The notes: generated from the sequence alone by a model not told the origin. 63,815 bases of DNA, filler included, from Gonapodya sp. JEL0774 (GCA_027604505.1; 50 parts of 50 records of this genome joined end to end with filler, not necessarily neighbours in it), one strand, 5' to 3'; shown: positions 37,181 through 50,819, counted from the first letter of the whole stretch. A program made the numbers and translations.

Positions 37181-38193
37181 GTGATGGGTACCAGCAGGTG
37201 GGAAGACCACTCACTGAGTCTCTCCAACTCATCGGATTCAAGGAAAGCTCTGACTGTCTGAGCGTCAAGTCCCACCTCCTCTGCACATCGAACAAGCACC
37301 CCAATTTGGGAGATGTCCTCTGCACGTTCCCAATAAGCGATGTAGATGCTATGTGTTCATAGGGGTGAGACAGTTCTCTGAAACAACGTAACAACCATAA
37401 CACACCTATCCAAGAGGCGCATCACAAATTTTCCATCAACGTCGGCCTCAGGTCGCGTGCTCGCCCATTCGAGGAGTCTATGTGAGTTTGTGCTGTCAGA
37501 GATGACACCGCCAGTGGCTTTCTGTACGAAGGGCCGTCACCGTATGAGAATGATGAGCAACAACTCTGGCTCTCTACCACTCACAAATTTTATTCCCGTC
37601 TTATCTCCTTCTGCATTGATCCGGTTTGTTTCACCGTCGACGCCTTCTGGTACGCCTGTCATCTTCGCATAACCTTCCGCCTGTAGTAGACGAAAATCAC
37701 GGTCCAGATACTCGACGCACACACGACAGCGCAGCTTCGTGCCACCATTCTTACCCTTGGCATACTAAGGACATTGCGCTCATCGGGGAGCAGCATTGGA
37801 CAATATCGGATTGCCTGCGAGCACATCGTGGTTCAATATGACAATAACTCCATCTCACAAGAACCACGTACTGTTTCAATCGCGATTCCACGTTCCGTAC
37901 ATATGCTGATCGCCTTCTCGAGGCGCCGTTTACCAAGGAACGACCTGAATGGGGATGATATATGAGAGAGAAGCACAGGCGGAGGTACTTCTCGAGAGGC
38001 CGCGTAAAAAGGCTTCAAATCGCAGTGAACACACCATGGGCAGATGGTGTCAACGATCACTTGGATGGTGGATGTGAATCGGTGCAGTGGATGCGGTCGG
38101 GAGAAGTTGAGCCGAATGACAGTGATTGATGAAGCTGATGGCAGCTAACAGTAAAGCTAGATTCTCACAATCGATTTGCACCTTCCTTGTCAT
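37181..38193 (-). CDS. DsbA-like thioredoxin-fold protein (FrnE family), multi-exon
   Basis: MTRKVQID|..VDTICPWC|FLGKRRLEKAI...GDKTGIKF. Confidence 0.8.
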
Positions 38194-38549
38194 GCTTTTC
38201 CTACGGTGGCAATGTTGGAGATGGTGGGAGACGAGGATCGGTGTTCGTGGCCCCTTGTGCGAATGCTGCCCTCCCGCCGCCCCCCCAGACAACAGAACTC
38301 GACAGCATACTAGTCGGAAAATTATTACAATGCTTGTGTGGAAGAAAAAAGTGAAGANNNNNNNNNNNNNNNNNNNNNNNNNNNNNNNNNNNNNNNNNNN
38401 NTTAATTAATTAANNNNNNNNNNNNNNNNNNNNNNNNNNNNNNNNNNNNNNNNNNNNGGCCAGCTACGAAACAGCAACTACCATTTCATCAATAAAGGTA
38501 CTTCGCGAACGTGGATAATTTGCTCAAGGAAGGCTCGACTTTCGGCAGG

Positions 38550-39633
38550 GGTGGACCAAAAGTAGGGATGTCTGAGGTGGAAAGGGCAGTACTGGCAACA
38601 AATCCCATCACCGAGGTGAACTTGCAGTCTGCACAATTGCAGTCGACAGTATAGTCAGAGCTTCCATTCTCATAATCGAATCCCTCCTAGGCTTTTGGTA
38701 ACGCTAAGACGACTCGTAACGATAATTCATCCCGGTTTGGCAAGTATATCGAAATTCAGCTTTCCCCTTCGAGCGACGGTAGTGGTGGCCTAAGAATCTC
38801 TGGAGCGCAGATCCGTACCTACTTGCTTGAACGATCTCGTATCGTGACGCAGCCCCCGACCGAGCGAGGATATCACATATTTTATCAACTTTGCGCTGGG
38901 TGTCCCGCTGCTGAGCGGAAGGAGCTTGGGATCACGTCCTGGGACCAGTATAAGTACATGAACCAGGGAGGGGAAGGGACAATCAATGGTGTGAACGATG
39001 CTGCCGAATTTGAGGAGACTCAGAAGGCGTTATCTACGATTGGGATCTCTGTCGCGAAACAGTGGGAGCTTTTCCGCATATGTGCAGCGGTGCTCCACAT
39101 CGGAAATATGGAGGTGACGCAGAATAGACAGGGCGAGGCCCATGTTGCCGAAAGCGACCCGGCGCTTGACCAAGTTGTCCGACTGTTGGAGGTCGACAAG
39201 AGACTCTTCCGTCAGTGGATCATCAAGAAGGAGATCCGTGCCAGGAGTGAAACGGTTGTCACTACTGTAAACGCTCAAGTGGCCAGTACTGGTCGAGACT
39301 CAATCGGGAAATTCCTTTTCTCTGCTCTATTCGATTGGATTATTTTGATGGTGAATCAAAACTTGTCCAAGGGAGGGGATGGACTAAAAAAACCGTTCAT
39401 TGGCGTCTTAGACATTTATGGTGAGGGAAAGCGCGATCGTTGTATACAGACACTGGTATGAACGTGTTCGTGTGAGCAGGGTTTGAGTTCTTCAAGAAAA
39501 ATTCTTTCGAGCAGTTCTGTATTGTGAGTTGCTGGACCTCGGATGGAAGCTGGTGCACGCGAGCTAAACTAAGTGGTATTTTCAAAGAACTTTGCCAACG
39601 AGAAGCTGCAACAAGAGTTCAACGAACACGTTT
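38550..39633 (+). CDS. MYO2: Class V myosin motor domain fragment
   Basis: LATNPITE|AFGNAKTTRNDNSSRFGKY, YLLERSR, YHIFYQLCAG and FIGVLDIYG|FEFFKKNSFEQFCI|NFANEKLQQEFN. Confidence 0.9.
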
Positions 39634-39863
39634 NNNNNNNNNNNNNNNNNNNNNNNNNNNNNNNNNNNNNNNNNNNNTTAATTAATTAANNNNNNNNNNN
39701 NNNNNNNNNNNNNNNNNNNNNNNNNNNNNNNNNATGTCGTTTGGGCCAAATGTTCCCGGATGTATTCTTCAACATATCAAGAGCGGCTCCCGTGTGCGGT
39801 CGACGTCAGGTGTCCAGCGTGCCGAGCGTTGATCGCCGACGCGAATCCTTCAGACCTCACTCA

Positions 39864-40359
39864 CCCCCTCAATGACACATTCAGAGCTGGAGTAGATTGC
39901 CCCGACAATCATCATGTTCTTGGCTGTCGAGTACGAGCGATTCTTCATATCCCTCAGAGTCATCTTGAGTTGCTGCCGGGTTGACATTTTCAAGTACTCC
40001 TCGTTTGCGTTCCAGTCCATGGAGGCCATAAACATGCCAAAGGCGCCACCGGCGAGAAAGCCTTTCGTGCGGTATCGCCAAGGGCGAAGGAGTTCAGTTC
40101 CGTTTAGCTTCACCTCCCTGTGTCGTCAGACAACTCACCGATCCCTGCAGACAAGATTCCCTTGAAAACACAACTTTCCTGAAAAGATTGAATCATCGCC
40201 ACCTACAGTGCGTGTGTTAGGTTCAGTGGCCGGGGCGATTGAGTCAGTACTTAATCCAGGTCACGGAATGCGCACATGCGAGCTTCAGCTACTCACATTG
40301 GGATCTATTCGGCCTCCCTGGCCCTGCAGAACTGGCGCTGTGAAAGGCGTTGATGCCAT
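39864..40359 (-). CDS. TIM22: Mitochondrial import inner membrane translocase Tim22, 5' part
   Basis: ESCVFKGILSAGI|GFLAGGAFGMFMASM...DMKNRSYSTAKNMMIVGAIYSSSECVIEG. Confidence 0.93.
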
Positions 40360-40524
40360 ATCAGCAATCACAGCTGGAAATTGGGCCTTCAACAGAAAAC
40401 GTGTTCGTGCCAGTGGTCTTGTATGACCACTTGAGGTGAAAGGGACAACAGAGGCACGGCTCCATCTTCACTTTCTCCCTCACATCATATCCCCTCCACA
40501 ACTCACCATCACCGCATCCCGACA

Positions 40525-40676
40525 ATGGTTCACATCTGGGTCCGCGCTGAGACAAAGCCACACGAACATCGCGCAGCTTTGACCCCAAAGACGGCACGGC
40601 AGCTCATTGATGCTGGTTTCAGAGTTACGGTGGAGCGATCCTCTCAGTCGATTTTCTCCATCGACGAGTACGAAAA
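40525..40676 (+). CDS. LYS1: Saccharopine dehydrogenase (NAD+, L-lysine forming), first exon
   Basis: MVHIWVRAETKPHEHRAALTPKTARQLIDAGFRVTVERSSQSIFSIDEY, then a GTGAGT donor. Confidence 0.92.
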
Positions 40677-41332
40677 GTGAGTTGAGTCAACTAGGCAGAA
40701 AGAAATGTTCTGGAAATGACGGGGCAGGGGATTCGACTCTCGGAAGATATCGCCGGTTGTAGGAGTGGTGCAATAATGGGCAGCACGGTTTCGAAGCCAT
40801 CCGAAGTATTGAAGCGCTGCCCAGTCGCTCATCGTGCGTTACTTCCATCTGATTGCAATTCCGTCTCTCAATTGGTCCTTTCGAATTCGCGGTCACTGGC
40901 CTTGATGGGNNNNNNNNNNNNNNNNNNNNNNNNNNNNNNNNNNNNNNNNNNNNTTAATTAATTAANNNNNNNNNNNNNNNNNNNNNNNNNNNNNNNNNNN
41001 NNNNNNNNNGGAATGGCAGCTCACAAAAGCCATACAGAGCCATAGAGGTATTTCATGCTATTGCGAGGCTGTCCGGCGCGAATGCGTGATGTCGGTACCA
41101 GTTTCGTGATTGACTGCGCTGACATTTATGATTACTACCAAAATTCTCCGTTAGCCGCACAGCTGTTGATTCTAAGCACTTGAAACATAATCAAGCTGAC
41201 ATTTGCGTTTAGTTTTATTCATCATTGCCATCGGCTCCTCACCCGTGCTTCCTCGATAACATCGGGAGGTGCCCACACCCTGATTCTGATCAGCAGCACT
41301 TTCTCATCCTGCCCACTTCACATTCCCGTGCG

Positions 41333-42183
41333 ATGGCGCCTCACATATCTGGACAGACTGCCGAGTCGACAACCTCGCTCGGAAGCTCCTCCATACCCAT
41401 CAGCCCCGATGCAAATTCCAATGATCCCAGCGAACCAGGACAAGTTGCGTCAACTTCCGACACACTGGACACAATCGCATCATCAACGAGCGTGCTTGTT
41501 TCTCCCTCCTCCAGGTCCACGAAGGACCAGTATCTTTTCGCACTTCGTAGTAGTCGTGCTTTTGCTCTTGCTTGTGCTTGTGCAGGAACAGGAGTCGATT
41601 TTCTGCTCTATTCCATAGTTATTCCTGTTCTGCCATACGCCTTGGGAGTGTAAGTGTGGCAAGTGGTCCTTCAGCATCCCGAGATTGTCGGGGAGGGTGG
41701 TTCTGACGTCCTGTCTTTGATTTCATATGCAGAATCGATGGTACCTGCCCCTCTGGCGCTAAGGAGTGTCCGGAAGACCCACAGCAAGGCGTTATTCTTG
41801 GTGGGCTTATTGGAGCATATTTTGGCATGGTCGTATTGCTGTCTCCTGTATGTGGGTGAGTGAAATCTGTCAGAAGTTATTCCAGAAGTGCAATCATCAC
41901 GAGCTGACTGTCTGCGCCTGGACTTTTTAAATCACAGCTGGGTGTCTGATCGCATTCGGTCACGACGGAAAGTTGTTCTCCTCGGATCGTTTGCACTGGC
42001 CGGATCCAGTGTGTTTTTCGCAGTCTCCACCAACCTACCCATGGTATGTTCACGCTTCCCAGGGAGTCTGAAGCTTTAGCGTTACACTTAAGAAATATTT
42101 GCCCCCTTTTCGGTGTGTAGCTCTTTATCGCACGAATTTTCCAGGGAATCTCTGCAGCGGCAACGTGGTCCTGTTCCATGGTT
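41333..42183 (+). CDS. MFS transporter (vesicular amine transporter-like), 5' part
   Basis: VDFLLYSIVIPVLP, motif A-like WVSDRIRSRRK and LFIARIFQGISAAATW. Confidence 0.88.
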
Positions 42184-42283
42184 NNNNNNNNNNNNNNNNN
42201 NNNNNNNNNNNNNNNNNNNNNNNNNNNTTAATTAATTAANNNNNNNNNNNNNNNNNNNNNNNNNNNNNNNNNNNNNNNNNNNN

Positions 42284-43242
42284 GCAGGACGGGGCCAACA
42301 TCCAAGCAACCAAACTGGGAGATCCCTTAAGGCAGATACAAAGGAGTGAGCAATTGAAGTGGCTCTGGTGCTGTCACTTGTTATGAACTGTCCCTTCATC
42401 TAGTGAAGCACTGCATGCAGCTGCAATTGCAAGGTCTCTCAAGGCTATAGAGAAGCTTTACGATCTTCATTTTCATATTTCGAGACTTACACATGGCGGA
42501 CTATTCAGTGCAGAGAGAGGTCAGTGGATGAGTGGCTATGCAGAGACATGTTGAAAACCCCATGCGCAATATTGCTGTAGCTTGGTTTGAATTCTGGCTC
42601 CCCATACTCTCTGGACTCTCCCAATCATGCTATACACCATCCCGTGATGTACGACAAAACAGTTTAACATATCTCCAGAGACTTCTTCTCTCCAGTGAGC
42701 TTGGCCAAGGAGAGCCATTGATTGATTGTTTTGAGAATGTATTATTTCCTCTCCTGGATGAGCTTCTGAAACCAGAGGTTGTTCAGATGGATCCATCTGG
42801 AATGGATGAAACTAGAATGAGGGCTGTTGCACTGCTTTCCAAAGTTTTCCTTCAGTACTTGCCGAAACTCTCCAGATGGACACAGCTAGGCCACCTCTGG
42901 AGCAGAATCCTGGAGTATGTTTTGAAGTTTGCCAATGAAACGCAAACAGAGTATTTGGTAAGAACACATAAATCATTTGCCAATCCCAATTCACTAAGAC
43001 AAATTCTAAAATTCCTGCAGCGTGAAGCAGTTTGTGAATCTCTGAAGAACATGCTTTTGGTTGTCTCCACCCAAGGAATGTTTCAGCCTTCAGCAGATTC
43101 CAATGCCCAACACAGTCAATTGTGGGATGCAACATGGGAGGTACTGGTCCCCTTCCTCCCAGGTTTAAAGGAAGAACTATTTCCAGATGAAGTTGATGAA
43201 GCTGCAGAGTTTGTTACAGAACCGGAAGGTCAGTCAGTGTAA
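42284..43242 (+). CDS. GEA2: Arf guanine-nucleotide exchange factor GBF1/Gea, C-terminal region
   Basis: WFEFWLPILSGLSQSC..RDVRQNSLTYLQRLLL, FENVLFPLLDELLKPEV, DPSGMDETR, LLSKVFLQYL and EAVCESLKNMLLV. Confidence 0.88.
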
Positions 43243-43557
43243 GGTTCAAATTTTCCACAAGCTTTGAGTCTGATTCCTTAAAAGAGCATGGTGTGACAGG
43301 TCACATAATACAGAAAGCAATGTAATTTTGACATATACCCAAAACATGAAATACAGCTATAATGATTTTGGCAAACTTGTACCAACCAAGAGTATCTGTT
43401 GTTCACAGATGGTGTACATGAATTCTCGTGATATATTCAGCTTGATAGTATGGGGAANNNNNNNNNNNNNNNNNNNNNNNNNNNNNNNNNNNNNNNNNNN
43501 NTTAATTAATTAANNNNNNNNNNNNNNNNNNNNNNNNNNNNNNNNNNNNNNNNNNNN

Positions 43558-44125
43558 CCATGGGTTTTCGCTCACACCAGTACATCGCTCGCAATGATGA
43601 TGAGCTAACCATTGCGGCTGGAACCCACTTGCAATTACATGTTGCTTACAGAGATGGTTGGGGCTTGGCTACGGTTGTCGGCCAAAACAGGCCGGGACTC
43701 GTGCCTCTGTAAGCTCTGATGCGCTGATGGGTGGCAATTCGTTTACTAATAGAACCTTTCACAGGGAGTACCTGGATCTCGGTGTGGCGCCCCCTATTAC
43801 ACCGACATCCCACGGTGGCAGCGAGTCCGATCCCACATCCCGGCGCCTGCAATCTAAGCGCCTAACTCTCGACTCCCACGTCCAGAGTCCCCGAGTGAAC
43901 TCCCATTCCCGTTCTAGGTCTCAATCGCAATCAGGATCTGGCAGCTTTGGGAGCGATCGGGGTCTATATGCCTCCAGGACCACTGAACAGACATCTTTGG
44001 ATGGTCCACACGCCACGAGTGTGTCATCCCAAGGAGTTGCGAGTGTGGCGTCGGCACAAACATTCTTGGAGGTGCATAATTTCTTGAACACGGAGCCGTA
44101 CTCGTCCTCGAGAGTGAATTACTGA
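43558..44125 (+). CDS. SH3-domain protein, 3' end
   Basis: HQYIARNDDELTIAAG...YRDGWGLA...GLVPL|EYL; intron at ~43709-43764. Confidence 0.8.
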
Positions 44126-46105
44126 TGATCGGGTGAATTCTTTGACAAATTATCATTATTATATTATTCTCCTAGAAGTTTGTATATATATACATATTTA
44201 GTATATATATGCCAGTAGTTGAATGGTCAATCAGGTCCTGACAAGGCGCCATCGGCTCAGTATAATTTGATGTTCAAGACTCGTAAAATCATCAATTACA
44301 TCTTCTGAACGGACGGTCAGTTATAACGCAAACAAAAGATATGGATCTCGTGTTGTTGTATGAACTTGATTGATTGAAGAACGGCCGACTAATATAATTT
44401 CACTCTATAAACAATTCGGAGACCCCTGATCAGCAGTGTTGTGAAATTCCCAGTCTTATGAGAGTGATGAGTTCACCTTCGGTCATTGAATGTCATCAAG
44501 GTGTCCCTCTGCCCGCCTGATTGGGACTTATTTCACACATCTTTCGCAAACCAACCCTTCCACCCAGCCGCCCCCCTTCTTCTCTTTGGCGACACCTGCG
44601 TAGCACCTCCCTTGTGCCGATTGAACTCTGCCACAGCGCCATTGGCAGCCACCGACTCCTGGTCCGTGGCGAGTGTACCGATCCACGCCCCGTCCCCAGG
44701 CAACATTTCTAGCCCTCCTGAACCTGACATANNNNNNNNNNNNNNNNNNNNNNNNNNNNNNNNNNNNNNNNNNNNTTAATTAATTAANNNNNNNNNNNNN
44801 NNNNNNNNNNNNNNNNNNNNNNNNNNNNNNNGATTCGTGATTTGGTTTGTGGAGTGGGACCAGTTCAGGTGAAGGCGGAGGATTCACGGCATCGATATCA
44901 GGACGGTTGTTTCCATCCGATTCGAGCGTGAAATCTGCGAGGTTTGATGTGCTTATCGGAACCAAATTCTGTCTGCCAAGGTCCGAATTCTGAACATCGT
45001 GTTGAGGTGACGTTTGTTGAGCAGATTCGGTGATTCCAGTGGATCTGTTGTTGGGGTTTTCTCTTTCGGGGGCTTCACTGGGGGAATTCAGATCCATTTT
45101 GTTTCTGTTTGTTGGTGGAACAAGTGTGGGGGAACCAACAGCTGTGGCACAGCACAAGGAGCGTGCTCGCTTGTCCACACCGTCCGCAACCCATCGCATG
45201 CATAGCACTGATATGTGGCTTGGACTTGGTCCGCCTGTTTCGTCTGCCCTTGCTGCATCTTTGTTCCCATAAGGGGGCTTTGAGGTCGGGCTGGTCTCAA
45301 AGTCCCCAACGAAAAGCGTTGAGAGTTGAGCGTGTCGACAACCCGACCAAGCCCGTTGTAGGCTCACCTGACAATTATTGGCCATTCTCTCTCGTCCTGA
45401 TAATTGAGATGGCAATGCTTTTACTGTTCACAGATTGTGACAGCTGACGTCACCTTTTGCCAGTGTCATGGTCAACAGGTGTTACCAGGAATGGAGGCAG
45501 CTTTGAAAAGCAGACCTACTCGTCTTTTTGGGAACTGCCTTGTGAATGTGAATGTTCAACATGCTCGACAGCTGCAGCCCCTTTCCTCCAAGAGGTCCTC
45601 TTCTTCAATTTTTGCATGACTGTTCAAGTTTGTATTACTTCGTCACTTCTCCAGGTTTGGTCACCCTCTATTCATTGGTGAACTATGTTGCCATGTCAGG
45701 TTTTCGTCTTCTGCTGCCCCTGCAGCAGGTCTGAACCCATGGCTCCCGTGCCTGATGGAAGAATGATTCACACAGTTCGACTTGTTATGCTGACTGGCTC
45801 TAGTAGATACCTCTTTCATATTATCTTTGAAGCTGAATGTTTCAATGTCTGATGCTTCGGGACAGCGTAATGATGATAGCCTATGAAGAACTTGCTGTGA
45901 TCTAATTCTGACGAGTCGATGAAGTACCTTGCAAAGCGGCTGCGGTTCTCCCATCAAGACTACTCTAGTGCATCAAGTAACAATATGACTATCCACTATC
46001 CTCGGNNNNNNNNNNNNNNNNNNNNNNNNNNNNNNNNNNNNNNNNNNNNTTAATTAATTAANNNNNNNNNNNNNNNNNNNNNNNNNNNNNNNNNNNNNNN
46101 NNNNN

Positions 46106-47279
46106 GTCCATAATGAGGAAGGTCTCCAGTCCAACATGGTATATGATCAAATACCAATGAGCCTGTGCAATATTCATGGGCATAATGGGCAATTCAGCTG
46201 CCTTCATAACAACAAAATTTGCACCCCCTTCCCTCCACAGGCCTCTCAAACTAGGACGGCTGCTCTGAAAAACTACTCCAGTATAGAATGAGTTTATGTA
46301 ACCCACTGAAGGAAGACCAATTGCGTGTTCTGCATCGTTTATTGCTCGTGTTGCCAATGCCTCAATTGCAGCATCACTAATGAAGACACCATCAAGGAGA
46401 CTCTGCAGATCTCCATATGTATCAGGCTTGCCTTGCAAGGGGACGTCATTGTAGTAGTCAGCAAGAAGTGGTTCCCAAGACAAGTCTGGTGGTAAAGTAG
46501 CAAAAGAGAGTGGCAGCAAGAGTTCAAAGTTCACATTCCCAATAGTTCCTGGCATTACTCCTGGTTCCTCAAATTGTGCATGTAATGAAGGATAATGCAG
46601 ACGTTTTCTGGGCTGATCAAGCACAATCTCAATTTCAGGCCATGCACGTTTTTGTTGGGGTTTCATTAAAGTTGGCAACATAGACATATGAGATGAGGGA
46701 GCCAGTGCAGCAGGGGTGATGCCAGACTCCTTGTCAATAGTGTTGAGAAAGGCCACAATCTGCCTGATTTCCACATTAGTTAGATTCGGGAGGCGCTCAT
46801 CCAATTCTTCCACTGCATATGACAAAGAAGACCTGCAGGAAGTGAGTTACAAGTTAAGCAATGCTGTCAACATGTAGGTGCATACCTCTCCTCCCAAGAT
46901 GCTTCAGATGCAGGATACTCTGACCACCAAACCAAGTAGAATGACTGTTTACCTCTTTTACGAAAAGCAAGGATAGCCTTGATGCCAATGTTATTTAATG
47001 ACCTATTGAGATCCCACAAGTGATGGAGGTGAGCAGGTACAGAGTTCTCAGAACCATGAAATTGTTTGGTGAGAGCTTGGACTACACCATCCTGAGAAAC
47101 ATCTGAAGGCAGTTTAGCAACATCCCTAGAACAAGCATATTAATGACACCTCAAGAGGGTATGTATAATATATATCACCTGTGATGAAACCTTCTGTTGG
47201 CAATTGTGCCACTCAGTTCTTTCTGAATAAATCCATTGGTAACCCATTTCAAAGAGTAGCTGTAGCCAATGACATCCAC
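46106..47279 (-). mobile_element. Ulp1-like (C48) cysteine protease ORF, probably transposon-borne
   Basis: FISDAAIEAL, YINSFY and PIMPMNIAQAHWYLIIY...FLIMD (catalytic His and Asp). The contig is strongly CpG-depleted. Confidence 0.65.
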
Positions 47280-47689
47280 NNNNNNNNNNNNNNNNNNNNN
47301 NNNNNNNNNNNNNNNNNNNNNNNTTAATTAATTAANNNNNNNNNNNNNNNNNNNNNNNNNNNNNNNNNNNNNNNNNNNNGAGATTTTCTGATGGAGATCA
47401 GAGCTCCGATCGTTGTGAGGACCTGTCATATTCATAGAATCTTGTTTTGCTTTATTTGCGTAGTGTATGGTTCTTTGGTTGAGAAGAGTTTGTGTAAAGG
47501 AGTGCGGGGTCATGACTATCTTCTGAGCACTGGACACCGGTCACGATCCCCGACAATATCCAGTCGAGCTGGGACATGCACTTCCCTAGTTGCTTAATCG
47601 CTATGCACATTATACTCTGTTGGTGTTCTCCCACAAGAAACCGACCCAAGACATCCATTGGATTGGACATTTGTCATCAGATCCTCTGT

Positions 47690-48552
47690 TCAGCAAGACT
47701 GTAATCGTGAAACCCGAGCCTGTAGTCGGTCCCCGCAGTGACTAAAATGTTTCGAGATGGATGCCATACCACTTTGGTCGAGTAGGGGGGGGAAGTGGGA
47801 GATATCATTATCGTCAGATCGGTACCCTGAAACAGTACTACTCCACGGATCCACGTTACCCGGCAACTTACCTCCTCTCAGACCCGCACCGCTCGGACCA
47901 TTACCGTGATCTGTCCTCAGCTTATCGCACCAACTCTTTGCAGCAGTTGCCACTCCCGATGGTCCTCTTTTCGACCCGATGAACCGAGTATCCCACACGC
48001 ATATTTCTGGATGCGATCGCCGAGGGTATGCAACAAGACGGCCGGAGGGGTCGAAAGACGGATTCGAGTTTCTGAGGAAAATACGGGATTCGGCGCAGTG
48101 ATCAACCCATCAGCTAGAACTCGTGCGACACCATCGTTTCTATTTACCCCATAAAATACCCACCTTGTTTTCGCAGCTCCCTCTTCTCCAACTCCGAACC
48201 TCATGACGATTCCATCTCCCTGAACCCTTCCGTCCCATATCACGCACTGATCCTCTGCGGCCGCCAGACACACTAAAATGACATTTCCACTGCCATGGTT
48301 TGGGTTGACGGATATGGAGGCAACTCGCTCGGGCAGCCGAGAGGTGCGAACGGTGGTGAGAGAATCACGTGAGGTGCACATGATGGTGCGATCAGCGGAG
48401 CCGGAGTAGAGAAGGTTGGGAATAGGCGAGTACACAAGGGCATTCTATAGGTCCAGCATGAAGCGATGAGAAGTTTCGTGCAGATACACTCCTTCACTCA
48501 CAATATCGGAGCGGTGACTTGGTCCTGCAGAAGTCCCTCGCAGGACGTAGTC
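47690..48552 (-). CDS. WD40-repeat protein fragment
   Basis: LLYSGSADRTI and DQCVIWDGR. Confidence 0.65.
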
Positions 48553-49925
48553 NNNNNNNNNNNNNNNNNNNNNNNNNNNNNNNNNNNNNNNNNNNNTTAA
48601 TTAATTAANNNNNNNNNNNNNNNNNNNNNNNNNNNNNNNNNNNNNNNNNNNNGGAGTGTGAAGTTCCTATGGTGTTGGACGTAATCCCATAATTATTTGT
48701 ATATGGCGCAGACTTGGTCTATGGGACATTTGGGAGCCTTGGTAAATTGGGGTGTGTTTCGTAATCATGATGAGTCCACAGGCCACAGCAGAACTCAGCA
48801 GATTTCACATATAAGCAGCTCAATTTCCCATGTAGTGTGTGAGAAAAAGACAAGTCAAGTTTCAACAAAAGAAACTTGCGAGTGAGCCGTGAGACACTGA
48901 CGTCGATGCCAGAACATGGCAGTGTCTCGCAGCTGCTTGCAGTGTGAGGAATATGATGACATTCAAAGAACGGGGAAAAAATGAACTTACATCCATGTCG
49001 TTTTTGTTCGCCCATTTGCCTGCACGCACTCCTTGTTTGCACTATACAGCCAAGCCACCCGCGAGACTTTGGGATCCGTTTTCCTGTTGCAATTCGCGCA
49101 GAAAGAGACGAACTGTTGATGGATGTGAGCATCGTCTTCTGTCCAGCTATGCTTTCTGGTATTGGTCGATGTTGGATTGCTCATGAGAGAAAATGTCTGT
49201 TGAATCCATAATAATATGATATGTGGGTGATGAGAATATGTTAGAGTGTAGGGGTGAAAATGGAGGCGAAAACACCTATGTGCGGACATTTACACTGTCT
49301 GCACATAGGCGGTGCAGCTGCCTACACCTAGGGCAACCACTGCAACCCAAAAACTCTTCAAACTATTCCACAAGATTTCATATGTCTTTCAGACCCACGA
49401 GAGCATCTTGAGGAAGGGGAAGAGGGAACGGAATCGTGGAAGCAGTGTTGCAGCCCGCTCCTCCTCCTCAAGAACTCTCCCAGGAGCTCATCCGCAAAGC
49501 GCAAGGATTTCGTCTGCTGCAATCACCTCAATCTCGTGGGATTACAAATCGAATTATGGGGAATCGGAGCCCAATAGGGCAGCGAGGTCGGGAAAACCGT
49601 CTGGCGACTGGACTTCACAGTCCAGGAAGTTGCGAGGTCAATTACGAAGCCAATGGCAAAGGCAAGCAGGACACAACAGCATACACCAACACATCAAATG
49701 TGCCTGATGCGAATTCAGGCAACGATGGCACTGGGATGGACAGTGCCACTGGTGCGCCAGCCGACAGGATCACCTCAATCACAACACAAGGAGCAGGAGT
49801 CTCCAAAAATGAGGTAAGTGATCTTNNNNNNNNNNNNNNNNNNNNNNNNNNNNNNNNNNNNNNNNNNNNTTAATTAATTAANNNNNNNNNNNNNNNNNNN
49901 NNNNNNNNNNNNNNNNNNNNNNNNN

Positions 49926-50819
49926 ACGGGTGGATCGGACCACGCCGACACCATGCGGCCGGCGACTCCACCCAACGCAGATCTCTCGGCGGACCACACC
50001 GTGGGTGCTACCGCAGTCACGTCAGCCACCTCGGACCTCCCCAACAAGGCCCACCGAGCGCTCAAGGCCGTTCTAGCCAAAACGACCCACCTCTCTTACA
50101 TCGACCCGCTCCTTGGCCCTTCCTCCCCCCGCTCAGTGCTCAAACATGTCGTCGTTCAGCTCGCCAAAGTCCTCCCCAACGACGTTGCGGCACGGAAAGA
50201 GTTTGTGAGCGGTGGTGGACTGGGGAGACTCGAGATGGTCAAGGCGAGATTGGCGGAGGAAGATGGCAAGGAGAAGTGGGAGGGGGGGAAGTTGGCGGAG
50301 GCGGTGAGGATTGTGGAGGAGTGTTATCCCGAGGAGATTGTGAGGTGAGTTGGGGCACGGGAGCGAGGTGGCGCGGAGATCGCAGCCTGTGCTGGTTTTG
50401 GAATATGCCTACTGACACATCACTTTCCTTTGCCGCTCCGGTGCGCATCCGGTTTTACCCACATTCATCTCAGATACTACTCCCCCGACTACTCCAAAAC
50501 CCTCCTGGACCGCATCGAAGAGTACGGCAGATCGCAAACCACCGCCGCCGCCCCAGGCGTACCTACCCCGTCCCCCGCCCCCCCACCTCCCGCCGACATG
50601 GTGCGCGCCGGCTCATTCATCGCCGACCTCCCCACCTCCATCACCACGCCTGGCTCGGCGTCCCTCGCGAAACCCGCCGCACCGTCGAAACGCGCGTCCC
50701 AGGCGATGCTCAACACGGCCGGTGGCGGTGGGGGCGAGCTCGAGGGAATGAAGAAGGATGAAGGGTCGCTGAGGCAATCTGGGTCCAGGATGTCGGTGGG
50801 GAAGGGGCAGGAGCAGTGA
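49926..50819 (+). CDS. SPAG6: Sperm-associated antigen 6 / PF16 central-pair armadillo protein, 3' end
   Basis: VLKHVVVQLAKVLPNDVAARKEFVSGGGL and CYPEEIVR|YYSPDYSKTLLDRIEEY; intron at 50346-50473. Confidence 0.93.

Noticed and set aside
44150..44210. AT-rich (TA)n stretch
   Set aside because: Ordinary 3' UTR/terminator microsatellite after the SH3 gene.
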